Assembly: GCA_029210565.1 (NCBI GenBank)
Contig: JARGFQ010000017.1
Coordinates: 2,798-66,797, forward strand
DNA length: 64,000 nt
Direction: 5' to 3'
From: Bacteroidales bacterium
GTDB lineage: Bacteria > Bacteroidota > Bacteroidia > Bacteroidales > VadinHA17
Made by a program: the position numbers and the translations under genes. Position 1 is the first letter of the stretch; every line of letters starts with the position of its first letter. Below the pieces are notes generated by a model, which saw only the letters and a program-made list of their open reading frames with translations, searched no databases and had not been told where the DNA came from. Positions 44,942 through 54,362 of the stretch are shown one piece after another.

Positions 44942-46297
44942 TTATTGATTTTTCATGGCAGATGAGAAAGCAAGGGATTCTGCTGTCAGAATACCGGCTT
45001 TCATCAGGTCCAGCATATGCAGGCCTGACATAAGGGATATTCTTTCACGCCCTGAAACTGTTTCCGGCAGGTAGGCCAAAGGATCAAGGAGTTCTTCTAA
45101 CTGTGCGGCATCCCCTTCCGGTAATAGTCCCGACAGGTATCCGGAGTACTCTCTCAGGGCTTCGCTCAGTTCATTGCGGGCAGCGCTGCCGTCCGTCAGA
45201 AATTCACTGTAGGGCCCGGGACTGAATGCATCACCCTCAGAGGCGTCAGTCATCTTTTCCCCGATACCATCCAGGAGATCAAGAAGAGGGGTTGTTTTAG
45301 AGTTGATCTCCGCAAGTGCAGGCTTCAACAATGTGTCTCTGCAGTTATTGATTATAGCCTGGTTTTCCGAGAGTTTATAATTTATCAACTCCTGCTGTGC
45401 TTTCTGCTGTACAAAATAGCCCCCCTCATAATTTCTCTGAACGTTAAGGCTTATAAGCAACGAAGGTATCACGATTGCGAGTGCCCCGACGACCATATAG
45501 ATGAAGGCGGAGCTGACGTGATCATCACTCTTCCAGGTGAGGCGGGTGTACCATGGCAGAACCACAAAGAAGATCAGGGCCAGTCCAACCGACAGGAGGA
45601 GTGTGGCAAGGGGCCAGTGCTGTATCTTGAAGAGCAGTCCTGCCATATATGCTGTCATGCCCAGTGCACCAAGAATATATACCATCCTTTTGGAGCGGTT
45701 ATCCTGATTCTTCAGTTTGGCCGCCAGCAGTGCCGGCAGGAACAACAGTGTTCCTGAGGCCAATGCGAGGCTGAGGACAATTCCTGACCCGGGCCAGTGC
45801 TGTATTTTGAAGACGACGCCTGCGATGAACAGCATCGCGGCGATGAATGCTGTTATGTAAAGCATCACTCTCTTCCCACTGTGCGTCTCCTTCCAGAGCA
45901 CCGTAAGTGCCGAAGGCATGAAAATAAAAGCCAGAGCGAGGGCACCGAGAATCATTATGATGCCCGCCCCGGGCCAGTGCATGATCTTGAACAACGAGGC
46001 AAAGCCAAGCAGGACAGTGCCTGCAATGGCTGAAATCTTCATAGTGTTTTTCATCTTTCTGTATTTAGTGTCTACTGCATATAGTGTCTCTTCCTGTATC
46101 TCGCGGAGCCTTCGCGAGCCCAGTTTCCTTCTAACAGCCTGGTATGCCTCTGAGAAACTCAATCCTCTCTGCATCTCACTCTCGACATCACAGCATATGT
46201 GATCCGTCAGCTCATCCCGAAGGTGCGAAAAGGAAATCTCCTCCCGGACGACATCGCGACGAATCACCTCAATGTTCTGCAGGGTCAGTTCATGCAT
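44942..46297 (-). CDS. PadR-coupled membrane protein: N-terminal helical 'prefix' domain + three GldL-like hairpins + soluble C-terminal domain
   Basis: LRDELTDHICCDVESEMQRGLSFSEAYQAVRRKLG resembles the helical prefix found on membrane partners of PadR regulators. Hairpins: FKIMHWPGAG, FKIQHWPGSG, FKIQHWPLAT. The start overlaps the PadR stop (ATGCATGA). Confidence 0.75.
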   Translation of the reverse strand: MHELTLQNIEVIRRDVVREEISFSHLRDELTDHICCDVESEMQRGLSFSEAYQAVRRKLGSRRLREIQEETLYAVDTKYRKMKNTMKISAIAGTVLLGFASLFKIMHWPGAGIIMILGALALAFIFMPSALTVLWKETHSGKRVMLYITAFIAAMLFIAGVVFKIQHWPGSGIVLSLALASGTLLFLPALLAAKLKNQDNRSKRMVYILGALGMTAYMAGLLFKIQHWPLATLLLSVGLALIFFVVLPWYTRLTWKSDDHVSSAFIYMVVGALAIVIPSLLISLNVQRNYEGGYFVQQKAQQELINYKLSENQAIINNCRDTLLKPALAEINSKTTPLLDLLDGIGEKMTDASEGDAFSPGPYSEFLTDGSAARNELSEALREYSGYLSGLLPEGDAAQLEELLDPLAYLPETVSGRERISLMSGLHMLDLMKAGILTAESLAFSSAMKNQ

Positions 46298-46640
46298 GGT
46301 TAAGACCTGGCTGAGGATTTACAATGTTCTGGAGAGATTCGATGAACTCCTTCATCTCCCTGACTTTTTCCGCCACAACAGACTCTCCCTTGTCGGTGAG
46401 GCTGTAGTAGACGCGTATGCGATTGTTGTAGTTCTCCGACTCGGTGACCAGCACTCCTTCGTTCTCCAGCTTGTGTAGTATAGGGTAGAGGGCGCCGTAT
46501 GTGAGCTTTATCTGCCCGGCAGTAAGCTCTTCAACCTTTCGGGTGATCTCATAGCCATACATGCGGCCGTTCTCCTTCAGCAACTTCAGTACTATGGTCT
46601 TCAGTGAACCTTTGATAAGATCGGTGGATATCATTTTCAT
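46290..46640 (-). CDS. PadR family transcriptional regulator
   Basis: LKTIVLKLLKENGRMYGYEITRKVEELTAGQIKLTYGALYPILHKLENEGVL is the canonical PadR winged helix. Confidence 0.9.
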   Translation of the reverse strand: MKMISTDLIKGSLKTIVLKLLKENGRMYGYEITRKVEELTAGQIKLTYGALYPILHKLENEGVLVTESENYNNRIRVYYSLTDKGESVVAEKVREMKEFIESLQNIVNPQPGLNHA

Positions 46641-46704
46641 ATATTTAAGTAACTTATATATTGCAAATATATTATATTAATTAATAAAAATATAATTATG
46701 GGGA

Positions 46705-46737
46705 ATAAAAAAAGCGCAGGGTGTTTTTCCCTGCGCT
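46705..46737 (-). terminator. Rho-independent terminator after paralog B
   Basis: On the minus strand: AGCGCAGGG-aaaaaca-CCCTGCGCT followed by TTTTTTTAT. Lies 77 nt after the stop at 46814. Confidence 0.7.
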
Positions 46738-46813
46738 TAGAGTTTATAATCTGTGCTCTTCCTGCTACCTTGCCCTGGTGCTCCGGAGCAGAGGCGGCCT
46801 GAGCTCCTTGCCT

Positions 46814-48451
46814 TTACCTTCTGGATGAGCGGCTGCTGCTTTCTGAGCTCTTCGAGCTTTTGGAGCTGCTGCTCTTTGAGGAGGTTCCGCTGCTGCGGCT
46901 GTTGCCGCTGCTCCTTGAGACTGATCCGCTGCTTCTTCCCTGGCTGCTGCTGCGCGATGAGACGCTGCTGCCTTTTGATGAGACATTGCTGCTGCGGCTC
47001 TGCGACCTGGTGGCAGGGGCTGATGACCTCTGAGAGACGGAAGGAGATGACTTTTGAGACACCGACTGTCTTGAGGACTGCGACCTCTGCACTGAGCTCT
47101 GCGACCTGGGCGCCGATGACTGCGACCTGCTTACCGATGACTGAGACCTCTGTGTTGAGCGCTGTGACCTTGTGGCTGTCGACTGTGACCTGCTCACCGG
47201 GGCCTGTGACCTCTGCACCGAGCTCTGCGACCTGGGTGCTGTGGACTGAGATCTCGGAGTCGTTGTGCTCCTTGAGCTGGAGGTCGTGGCAGATCTCTGT
47301 GATGAGGTTGCAGGAGCACTCTTGACTGCCGAGGATGATGACCTGCGGTTCAGATCTCCACTCTGTGAGGAGGCCGACCCGGTGGTGCTTCTGTTCTGCA
47401 CTGCCGTTGATGACCTGCGGTTTGCATCACCGCTCTGGGCTGCTCCTGTCCTGGTGGTACTCCTGCTCTGTACTGCAGAAGATGATCTGCGGGATTCGCC
47501 ATTCTGTCCTGAAACCTGGCTGCCGGAGCTGCGCGAGCTTGTGGCAGATGAACTTCTCCTCTGGCTCTCGGATGATGCTGCCGGGCGGGCGGAGGTGCTG
47601 CGCGAGCCGTGAGTGCTGGAGTAGAGAGCCTCGCCGTCACGCCTCATCTCGGGACGAGAGTAGGTTTTCTTGTAGTGTCCTTCAGTTATCCGTCGTGAAA
47701 CATTGGGAGAGTATGCCCTGACACTCTTGTAGTAATAGTCGTTGTAGCGATGATACCTCGGACGGTCCCAGTAGCGGTAGTGCGCGTAGTAGTGAGGGTA
47801 CCAGTGCGAGTGATATCCGTAGTAGAAGTGCCAGTAGTAGGGTCTCCAGGGCCTCCAGTAAACCGGGTAGTAACCCCAGTACCATGATGAGCGCCAGCTG
47901 ACGTAGTAAGGATTGTATATGAACCTGATCACCGGCCAGGCAGCGACTTCATAATATGTGGTAGTTACCACGGTGACATTGTCTCTGTAGACTGTCCTGC
48001 CTCTGTAGCCGGGATTAGGTGTTTCTGCATATATGGGTTCAACGATGTAGTTTCTTCCGTAAAGCGCCTCATCGCCGATGAGCTGTATCTGCACCGACCC
48101 GTTGCGGAACTTCTCCACGGTGAAGACTGCCACATCCTGGTATTCGTTGCGGTCGAGGGCTACACGCAATACGATGTTGTGAACATTGCCGTCGACATAG
48201 TCGGAGACGGTCAGGTAATCAACCATGTTGTCACCGTTAAGGTCGAGGTTGTTGATCCGGGAGTTCTCGTCGTTGAGGTTCCTCTCGAATGCTTCGAGGG
48301 TCTCAGACTCCTGGAAAAGCTTCATCACTGCGTAGAGATTCAGATTGTCACCCGGGAGACCCAAGTACTCCTCCGGATAGTCCTGTGCCGTGACTGTCGT
48401 CGCTGAGGCTATCAGGATTGCGAGGATCGATGTGTAGATTAAATTTTTCAT
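46814..48451 (-). CDS. Secreted protein, paralog B: Ca-loop N-domain + W/Y/H-rich segment + long Ser/Arg-rich repeat tail
   Basis: Start taken at MKNLIYTSIL (signal peptide). NNLDLNGDNMVDY, WYWGYYPVYWRPWRPYYWHFYYGYHSHWYPHYYAHYRYW, then about 260 aa of S/R/Q/T-rich repeats (..RSQSS..). Confidence 0.8.
   Translation of the reverse strand: MKNLIYTSILAILIASATTVTAQDYPEEYLGLPGDNLNLYAVMKLFQESETLEAFERNLNDENSRINNLDLNGDNMVDYLTVSDYVDGNVHNIVLRVALDRNEYQDVAVFTVEKFRNGSVQIQLIGDEALYGRNYIVEPIYAETPNPGYRGRTVYRDNVTVVTTTYYEVAAWPVIRFIYNPYYVSWRSSWYWGYYPVYWRPWRPYYWHFYYGYHSHWYPHYYAHYRYWDRPRYHRYNDYYYKSVRAYSPNVSRRITEGHYKKTYSRPEMRRDGEALYSSTHGSRSTSARPAASSESQRRSSSATSSRSSGSQVSGQNGESRRSSSAVQSRSTTRTGAAQSGDANRRSSTAVQNRSTTGSASSQSGDLNRRSSSSAVKSAPATSSQRSATTSSSRSTTTPRSQSTAPRSQSSVQRSQAPVSRSQSTATRSQRSTQRSQSSVSRSQSSAPRSQSSVQRSQSSRQSVSQKSSPSVSQRSSAPATRSQSRSSNVSSKGSSVSSRSSSQGRSSGSVSRSSGNSRSSGTSSKSSSSKSSKSSESSSRSSRR
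47078..47266. repeat. Nine consecutive 21-nt (7-aa) tandem repeats inside paralog B
   Basis: CTG(C/T/A)GA(C/T)CT-initiated units start at 47078, 47099, 47120, 47141, 47162, 47183, 47204, 47225 and 47246. They encode xxxRSQS-type heptads. Confidence 0.85.
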
Positions 48452-48719
48452 CTCTTTAAACTTTTTGGAAGAACTGTCTCTTCGGTTAATGAAATTCAAA
48501 CATTATGCCAAAGATTCTTTTGAAAGCAGTAGAGAACAGGCAATAGGCAGTAGTGTGCTGATATGAGTACATTCATGAACAACGACTCGGAAGGCGTTAT
48601 AGTGTTGTAGGCTGGCGGGAAATACAAGATAACCATATGCCGTAGAGCCTGCCCCGATAGCCGCATGGCATATCGGGGCATTATGGTATTGTAGCGATAC
48701 GGGGCAAAATGATTGATCC

Positions 48720-49688
48720 TCAGAAAATCTTCAGGAAGGCAGAAAACATGACTACGAACCCCTTCGGTCCGGGGTAGAGGGGGTCAGAATACATCGGGAA
48801 AACATAGCTGATATCCGCCTCCAGAGACATGAAAGGCAGATTAAACGATACCGGCACCCCGAATTCCATCTCTATCATGTCGAATTTATCTGAATAGACG
48901 GTGGTGGTGGTCGGGACTTCGGTGGTAGTAGTGGTAGTAGTTGTAGTTGTGGTGGTTGTTGTTCCGGTTGATCCCTGACCCTGTCCCGAGCCGGGTCCCT
49001 GTCCCATGCCGAAGCCTGATGTTCCCGAAATAGTAACCGGTGTGACCAGCGTCTGCGTCGTGGTTATCAACTCCGTCCCCTCCATAATGCTTGCTGTGGT
49101 GAGGTCGCCGAACAGAAGATTGGCGTAGGGTCCGAATGAGATAGTGGCTTTTCCCTTGAAGAAGGACGGTGTCTCGAAATATCTTGAGTTTTTTACCTGG
49201 AAATAAGCAGGCGGTTCTCTCATCACGAAAGCGCCATATGATAATTCTGTGTAGAGTATCCTCCAGTCGATACCCAGTGTAAGGTCGGCATAGTTGAAAT
49301 TTCTGAAGAGAGTGTCGGTTAGTTCAGGTTTGACCATATACCTGGACAGACCTGCGGAGATGTCAAACCATGAATTGAAATCATGACGGTAGGCCATTGA
49401 GGCGCTGTAGAAGGAGGGAGCCGATTGCTCAAGTCCCGGCAGATAGAAGGCTGCGCCCGTCAGGCTCAGCTCACCACCAATAAGATATGAAAGTGCACCG
49501 TACCCGAAAGGCAGGTCACGTGAGATGGTTGAACCGAGATAGATCATGTTGCTTCCGTAACCCGAACCGGTATAGAGAGAATGGTTATCCTTCTGCGAGT
49601 TGGCCTGCAGTGTGTCACCCTGTGCAACTGCGTTCAGCGGCAGCAGCAGAAGCAACAGACCGGAAAATATAAGGCGGAAAACTTGCAT
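48720..49688 (-). CDS. Putative outer-membrane protein with internal Gly/Ser-rich linker and poly-Thr tract
   Basis: Signal peptide MQVFRLIFSGLLLLLLPLNAVAQ, beta-strand-like pattern, GQGPGSGQGQGSTG(T)14EVPTTTT insert, and C-terminal ...FSAFLKIF. Confidence 0.6.
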   Translation of the reverse strand: MQVFRLIFSGLLLLLLPLNAVAQGDTLQANSQKDNHSLYTGSGYGSNMIYLGSTISRDLPFGYGALSYLIGGELSLTGAAFYLPGLEQSAPSFYSASMAYRHDFNSWFDISAGLSRYMVKPELTDTLFRNFNYADLTLGIDWRILYTELSYGAFVMREPPAYFQVKNSRYFETPSFFKGKATISFGPYANLLFGDLTTASIMEGTELITTTQTLVTPVTISGTSGFGMGQGPGSGQGQGSTGTTTTTTTTTTTTTTEVPTTTTVYSDKFDMIEMEFGVPVSFNLPFMSLEADISYVFPMYSDPLYPGPKGFVVMFSAFLKIF

Positions 49689-49997
49689 CTCACTTCTCAA
49701 TAATATGGCACAAAGGTACTCTTGAAAAATGAACAAATAATGAAGAAATGTAAAGAATCAGTTCATCTTTGGGTGTTCCAATATACCTTTACAATAAATT
49801 TAACCGCGATGAAATTTGAATGATCAGCAACTCACAATAGGATATGATCAAATTATTTCATGCAAGTTCTGTTCGACCGATGGTTCAAAAATAAAATAAT
49901 CGAATGAAACTTACATGAGCAGTTACTCACAAAGGAAATGATTATTTTTCTTTATATAAGTTCCATTAGACCAATAAAATAATAATCAAATAATCTA

Positions 49998-50570
49998 ATG
50001 AAAACAATTGCAATAATATCATCAAGCGTAAGGAGTGGCCGCAACAGCCACAGGGTTGCGCTTTATTTCAGCGACTACCTTGAGGAGAATAATATAGCGA
50101 AAGCTGATATTGTTGATCTGGAGGAGTATAATTTTCCGCTCTTTGATGAACGGCTGCGCCTGCAGAAAGATCCTTCTCCCGGGGCATTGGAGTTTGCGGC
50201 GAGGATCAGGGATGCCGACGGAGTGATAATAGTTACGCCCGAGTATAACGGCGGCTATCCCGGCAGCCTGAAGAATGTTGTTGACCTTCTTTATGATGAG
50301 TGGCGAAAGAAACCTGTTGCCATATCCACCGTCTCTGACGGTCCTTTTGGCGGCACGCAGGTCATTACGTCGATTCAGTTTTCTTTGTGGAAGATTGGTG
50401 CCTGGACTGTCCCGGCAATGTTCCCTGTACCAGGGGTTACCGAGGCTTTTGATGAGGAGGGAAAACCTGCAGACAGGTCAGCAGTGGATAAACGCGCTGC
50501 GAGGTTCATCAACGAGCTGATCTGGTGCATTGATGCCACCGAGCTGATGGCCGCCCGCCCGTCCTCTTAG
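49998..50570 (+). CDS. NADPH-dependent FMN reductase family protein
   Basis: IAIISSSVRSGRNSHRVA...ADGVIIVTPEYNGGYPGSLKN. Confidence 0.85.
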   Translation: MKTIAIISSSVRSGRNSHRVALYFSDYLEENNIAKADIVDLEEYNFPLFDERLRLQKDPSPGALEFAARIRDADGVIIVTPEYNGGYPGSLKNVVDLLYDEWRKKPVAISTVSDGPFGGTQVITSIQFSLWKIGAWTVPAMFPVPGVTEAFDEEGKPADRSAVDKRAARFINELIWCIDATELMAARPSS

Positions 50571-50791
50571 TCGTTCGCTTTCGCTTGCGGCTGCTCTTCC
50601 TTTTCCGGCTGTTCCTCCGGTGGTTCGGAGGTGATGTTTCCGAACTTGTCGACGTAGGCGATCATGTTATCAAGACCCCCACCCGGCGAGTTTTCCTTAC
50701 GGTACTGCTTCTTCTTTTCCTTTTCTCTTCTTTTCTTGAGACGCTTTTCGGTCTTCTGCTTTTTGATGTAACTGTTGTTCGGTCCTGCCAT
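50567..50791 (-). CDS. Small highly basic/acidic bipartite protein downstream of the DEAD-box helicase
   Basis: 74 aa with a Lys/Arg-rich N-half and Glu/Pro-rich C-half. Begins 12 nt downstream of the helicase gene on the same strand. Confidence 0.45.
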   Translation of the reverse strand: MAGPNNSYIKKQKTEKRLKKRREKEKKKQYRKENSPGGGLDNMIAYVDKFGNITSEPPEEQPEKEEQPQAKAND

Positions 50792-50803
50792 ATGCTTCCT
50801 GTG

Positions 50804-52006
50804 TTAATTAACGAAAGTCAGCGCCTTGCCGCTGGCGCCTGCCCTGCCTGTACGGCCTATCCGGTGAATATAACTCTCCATGTCCTTCGGTGCCTGGAAG
50901 TTGATCACATGCGAGACATCTGCAATATCCAGTCCGCGTGCCGCAACGTCAGTTGCCACCAGCACCTTAATCTTACGATTCCTGAATGATTCCAGCGCCT
51001 TGATGCGGTAGTTCTGCGACTTGTCGCCGTGGATCTCATCTGCTGTGATTCCTGCCCGGCGGAGATCTCTGCAGATACGGCTTACTCCCCGCTTGGTGTC
51101 GGCAAAGATCAGCACCTTTTCAAACGACTGGTCCCTCACCATATTAAGAAGAATGTCAATTTTCCTCTCGCCTTCCCCTACGGTGATAATATCCTGGTCG
51201 ATATTATCGGCGCTGACATTCTCATTCCTCACACGGACCTCAAAGGGGTCATTCATGAGGCTGCTTATCAGTGCTTTCTGACTCTTGTCCTCGGTGGCTG
51301 AGAAGAGGATGGTCTGATTGCGGTTGCTCATGCTGTCTACCAGCCTCCTGATCTCTTCAGCAAAGCCCATGTCCAGCAGCCTGTCGAACTCATCAAGTAC
51401 CAGTATGCTGAACCTGTCAAGGTTGAGTGCGCCCTGGCGCACCATATCGGCTATCCTTCCCGGTGTGCCGATGACTATCTGTCCCGGACGCCGCAGTTTG
51501 TCAATGTCAACCCTGACGCTGGTGCCTCCTATAAGGCATGAGCTGAAGAGCTTAAGCCCGAAGGCGATGCTCCTGAACTCCTTGTCTATCTGCAGTGCCA
51601 GCTCACGTGTAGGCGAGACTACCAGCACGTTGCTGCTGGAATCCCTGCGAAGGAAGTTATGTATCAGCGGTATGAGATAGGCCCCGGTTTTGCCCGTGCC
51701 GGTCTGCGCCAGACCCATCAGGTTACGACCACTAAGGATGGCCTCAATGGTCCTGTCCTGTATCTCGGTGGGTTTCTCGTATCCTTTTTTCTGAAGATTG
51801 AGGATGATGGCACTGTCAACAGGAAGTTCCGCGATCAGCCTCTCTGGCACGTATGCCACGAAGGAGGACGGGGATGCCTTCTTTATGAATTTGTTTGTAT
51901 TTACCGTGCCGGTGTTGATCTTCTTCCTGTTGTGTGTTCTTTTTATCGTGTCGTTATGACCTTGATTCTGTTTGCCCCTCCATCGGGGTTCTCTGTAATA
52001 TCCCAT
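50804..52006 (-). CDS. DEAD-box RNA helicase (second copy)
   Basis: AQTGTGKTGAY, PTRELA, VLDEFDRLLD, SAT, ARGLDI, HRIGRTGRAG. Confidence 0.9.
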   Translation of the reverse strand: MGYYREPRWRGKQNQGHNDTIKRTHNRKKINTGTVNTNKFIKKASPSSFVAYVPERLIAELPVDSAIILNLQKKGYEKPTEIQDRTIEAILSGRNLMGLAQTGTGKTGAYLIPLIHNFLRRDSSSNVLVVSPTRELALQIDKEFRSIAFGLKLFSSCLIGGTSVRVDIDKLRRPGQIVIGTPGRIADMVRQGALNLDRFSILVLDEFDRLLDMGFAEEIRRLVDSMSNRNQTILFSATEDKSQKALISSLMNDPFEVRVRNENVSADNIDQDIITVGEGERKIDILLNMVRDQSFEKVLIFADTKRGVSRICRDLRRAGITADEIHGDKSQNYRIKALESFRNRKIKVLVATDVAARGLDIADVSHVINFQAPKDMESYIHRIGRTGRAGASGKALTFVN

Positions 52007-52297
52007 TAAATGTTTAATTTGGTTAATGCCGCTGAAAAATCATTAACCAAATATCTGTTCAATGTGGTTATGTTCTCCTGACGAAATGTTGTTCAGCGTA
52101 AACTAGTGATTGTAGAAAGAACTCCTCATGATCTGATCCTGAAGGAGATATGCTGACTATACAGATCTATTTTATGCTTTAATCGGTGCAAAGGTACTCA
52201 TTATTATCCGGACCTGCAACCGGATAATGAATCAGTGTGTTATCACTGATTCACCCGTTACCGCAAAAAATCAGAATACGAGCGGACCGGCAGGCTG

Positions 52298-52906
52298 TTA
52301 TCCCTTTTTCCATTTGATGGTGCAGCCGATGGCCCTGGTGCCTGCCACGGCTACCTTTTCACCCCTGATCAGGCTGTTGAGGGCCTCTTCTGCATATTTT
52401 TTATCCGCTGCGGAGGCATCATCGGCGTTGTTGTCGATGGCACCCACATATTCAACAACCAGCTTGCCGTCCTTCCATGCCAGGATATAGATATGCGGTG
52501 TGTTGGTGGCGCCGTATTTGCGGGCTACCTCCTGTGTCTCATCAAAAAGGTACTCGAAGACGTAGCCCTTTGCCGCAGCTGTCTCCTTCATCTTCTCCCA
52601 TGAGTCACCTGGCGACACGGCCGGATCATTGGGGTTTATTGCAATCACAGGGTACCCTTTCGGAGCATACTTCGCATGCAGATCCTGCAGCCGCTGGTCA
52701 TACTTCTTCACCACCGGGCAGGTGTTGCACCAGAAGGAAACGATGAAGCCGTCGGCATCACTGTACTGCGACATTGATATCATCTTGCCCTCAATGTTTT
52801 TCAGGCTGAAATCGGAGGCTATGTCACCGGCCTTGTACTGCGATTGGCCGGTTGCAAGCGCGGCCATCAGCAGGCCGGCAAGTGAAAGGAAAAGGTATTT
52901 TTTCAT
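52298..52906 (-). CDS. Thioredoxin-fold redoxin-like protein with signal peptide
   Basis: FIVSFWCNTCPVVKKY (CxxC) within a TlpA/AhpC-like layout. Confidence 0.7.
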   Translation of the reverse strand: MKKYLFLSLAGLLMAALATGQSQYKAGDIASDFSLKNIEGKMISMSQYSDADGFIVSFWCNTCPVVKKYDQRLQDLHAKYAPKGYPVIAINPNDPAVSPGDSWEKMKETAAAKGYVFEYLFDETQEVARKYGATNTPHIYILAWKDGKLVVEYVGAIDNNADDASAADKKYAEEALNSLIRGEKVAVAGTRAIGCTIKWKKG

Positions 52907-52929
52907 GACTTAATGGTTTTAATGTATAA

Positions 52930-53415
52930 TTACTGTAAGTATTTTGTTATCAGTTCTCTAAGTTTGGCTTCTTCCAGTTCTTCCGGGTGGAAGTATCTTA
53001 TCTCATTCGCGTTGTTGAACAAGAGGGTTACAGGGATGTTGCCCTGCCAGCTTGCGTCTACCTTTTCTATCCAGCTGTTGTAGTCGATGTTGGTCATGAC
53101 CCTCACATCAGCCGTAATTTTATTGGCTTCGAGGAATGGAATGAGCCTGGAGTCTATCTGGCTCGGGAAGTCGAGGCTTATCAGAATAAATTTCACTCCC
53201 TTGCCCTCATACTCTTTCGAGAGTTTCTCAAAGTACGGCAGCTCGGTGACGCATGGCGGGCACCAGGTAGCCCAGAAGTTTACCACATGCAGCACATTCT
53301 CAGGGCTGGCGAGTATCTTCTCCAGCTCCGGAACGCCTATCTTCTCAATCTTCTGTGCCGGCAATGGCGCCAGTCCGAAAATAACAGATATTGTTGCTGC
53401 CAGTAAGGACTTCAT
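52930..53415 (-). CDS. TlpA-family thiol:disulfide oxidoreductase
   Basis: VVNFWATWCPPCVTELP. Signal peptide from MKSLLAATISV. Confidence 0.8.
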   Translation of the reverse strand: MKSLLAATISVIFGLAPLPAQKIEKIGVPELEKILASPENVLHVVNFWATWCPPCVTELPYFEKLSKEYEGKGVKFILISLDFPSQIDSRLIPFLEANKITADVRVMTNIDYNSWIEKVDASWQGNIPVTLLFNNANEIRYFHPEELEEAKLRELITKYLQ

Positions 53416-53550
53416 ACAGTTACAGTGTTTTCCGTAGCTGTAATGAAACAACCGCAGCGCTCAGTTGTTCACTGCCTGATTGTTACAAATTGTTAAGTCA
53501 GGAGTCCCCAATTCGGGGATGGCAGCAATTAACGGTAATATTCCGTGAAT

Positions 53551-54048
53551 CTATTGCACCTCGACTAACTCAACCGGCATCGGTGCCTTTTCTGACTCAT
53601 GGCCCATGAAATATTTCCAGCCATCAGCATGCTTCCTGAATACACATGTGATCAGATAGTCTTCAAGCATCGCCGTTTCGCCCGAGCTCATATAGATTCC
53701 GTTTCTTCCGTGCCAGTTGTATATAAAACATGTAGGATCAATTACAGTGTACTTCTCAAATTTTGTCTCGAAGGTCTGTTTCTCAACATAAGGCAGATTG
53801 GCTTCCATCATTGCAACTGATGTCTCATAGTCAAGTAATTCCCCCATTACAATGAGAAGGTAATCATCACTTTTCTCAATTAAGCTGGCGACCTTTTCAC
53901 TATTGCTTGTTGCGATGGCGTCAAAGTATTCTTTGACTACTGTGGACGCTTCATCCAGGACCGCGGCCTTTTGCTCTTCGGTCATGGGCTTGTTGGTTGT
54001 GCATGCTGCCATCAGGAGCAGCAACAGGATAAGAAGCTTTGATTTCAT
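53551..54048 (-). CDS. Lipoprotein, possibly NTF2/SnoaL-like fold
   Basis: Lipobox LLLLLMAACTT. The size and the ...WHGRNG...GWKYFMGHES pattern suggest a DUF4440-like fold, but the support is weak. Confidence 0.4.
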   Translation of the reverse strand: MKSKLLILLLLLMAACTTNKPMTEEQKAAVLDEASTVVKEYFDAIATSNSEKVASLIEKSDDYLLIVMGELLDYETSVAMMEANLPYVEKQTFETKFEKYTVIDPTCFIYNWHGRNGIYMSSGETAMLEDYLITCVFRKHADGWKYFMGHESEKAPMPVELVEVQ

Positions 54049-54362
54049 AGGTACCTGATTTTGTTAATGATTAAATATTACTGAAAATTAACACGGTATA
54101 CAAGATAAGCCACCGGTTGGTCAAAGTCAAATTTTTTTTTGGATATTGGCACATTGGAAACGGAGGGCTGCAGGGTAGTTGGTACACAGGTGTTTACGCC
54201 CTGGTCGTTATAGTACTGTAGCCTGACGCTCGTTCTGACTTATCTTCTCTGCTATAGCCGACGAGGTGCCCCTCCAAGGTTAAAAAACCTTAATGAAAAT
54301 AGCTGCGGGCCGTGCCGGGTTAAAAAAAACATAACTTTATCCAAACTTTTTTGACCCCTATC

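Noticed and set aside
48900-48960. Poly-Thr tract as a slipped-strand phase-variation switch
   Set aside because: The Thr codons are heterogeneous (ACC/ACT/ACA mixed) and the tract is in multiples of three. It is not a homopolymeric or simple-repeat contingency locus.
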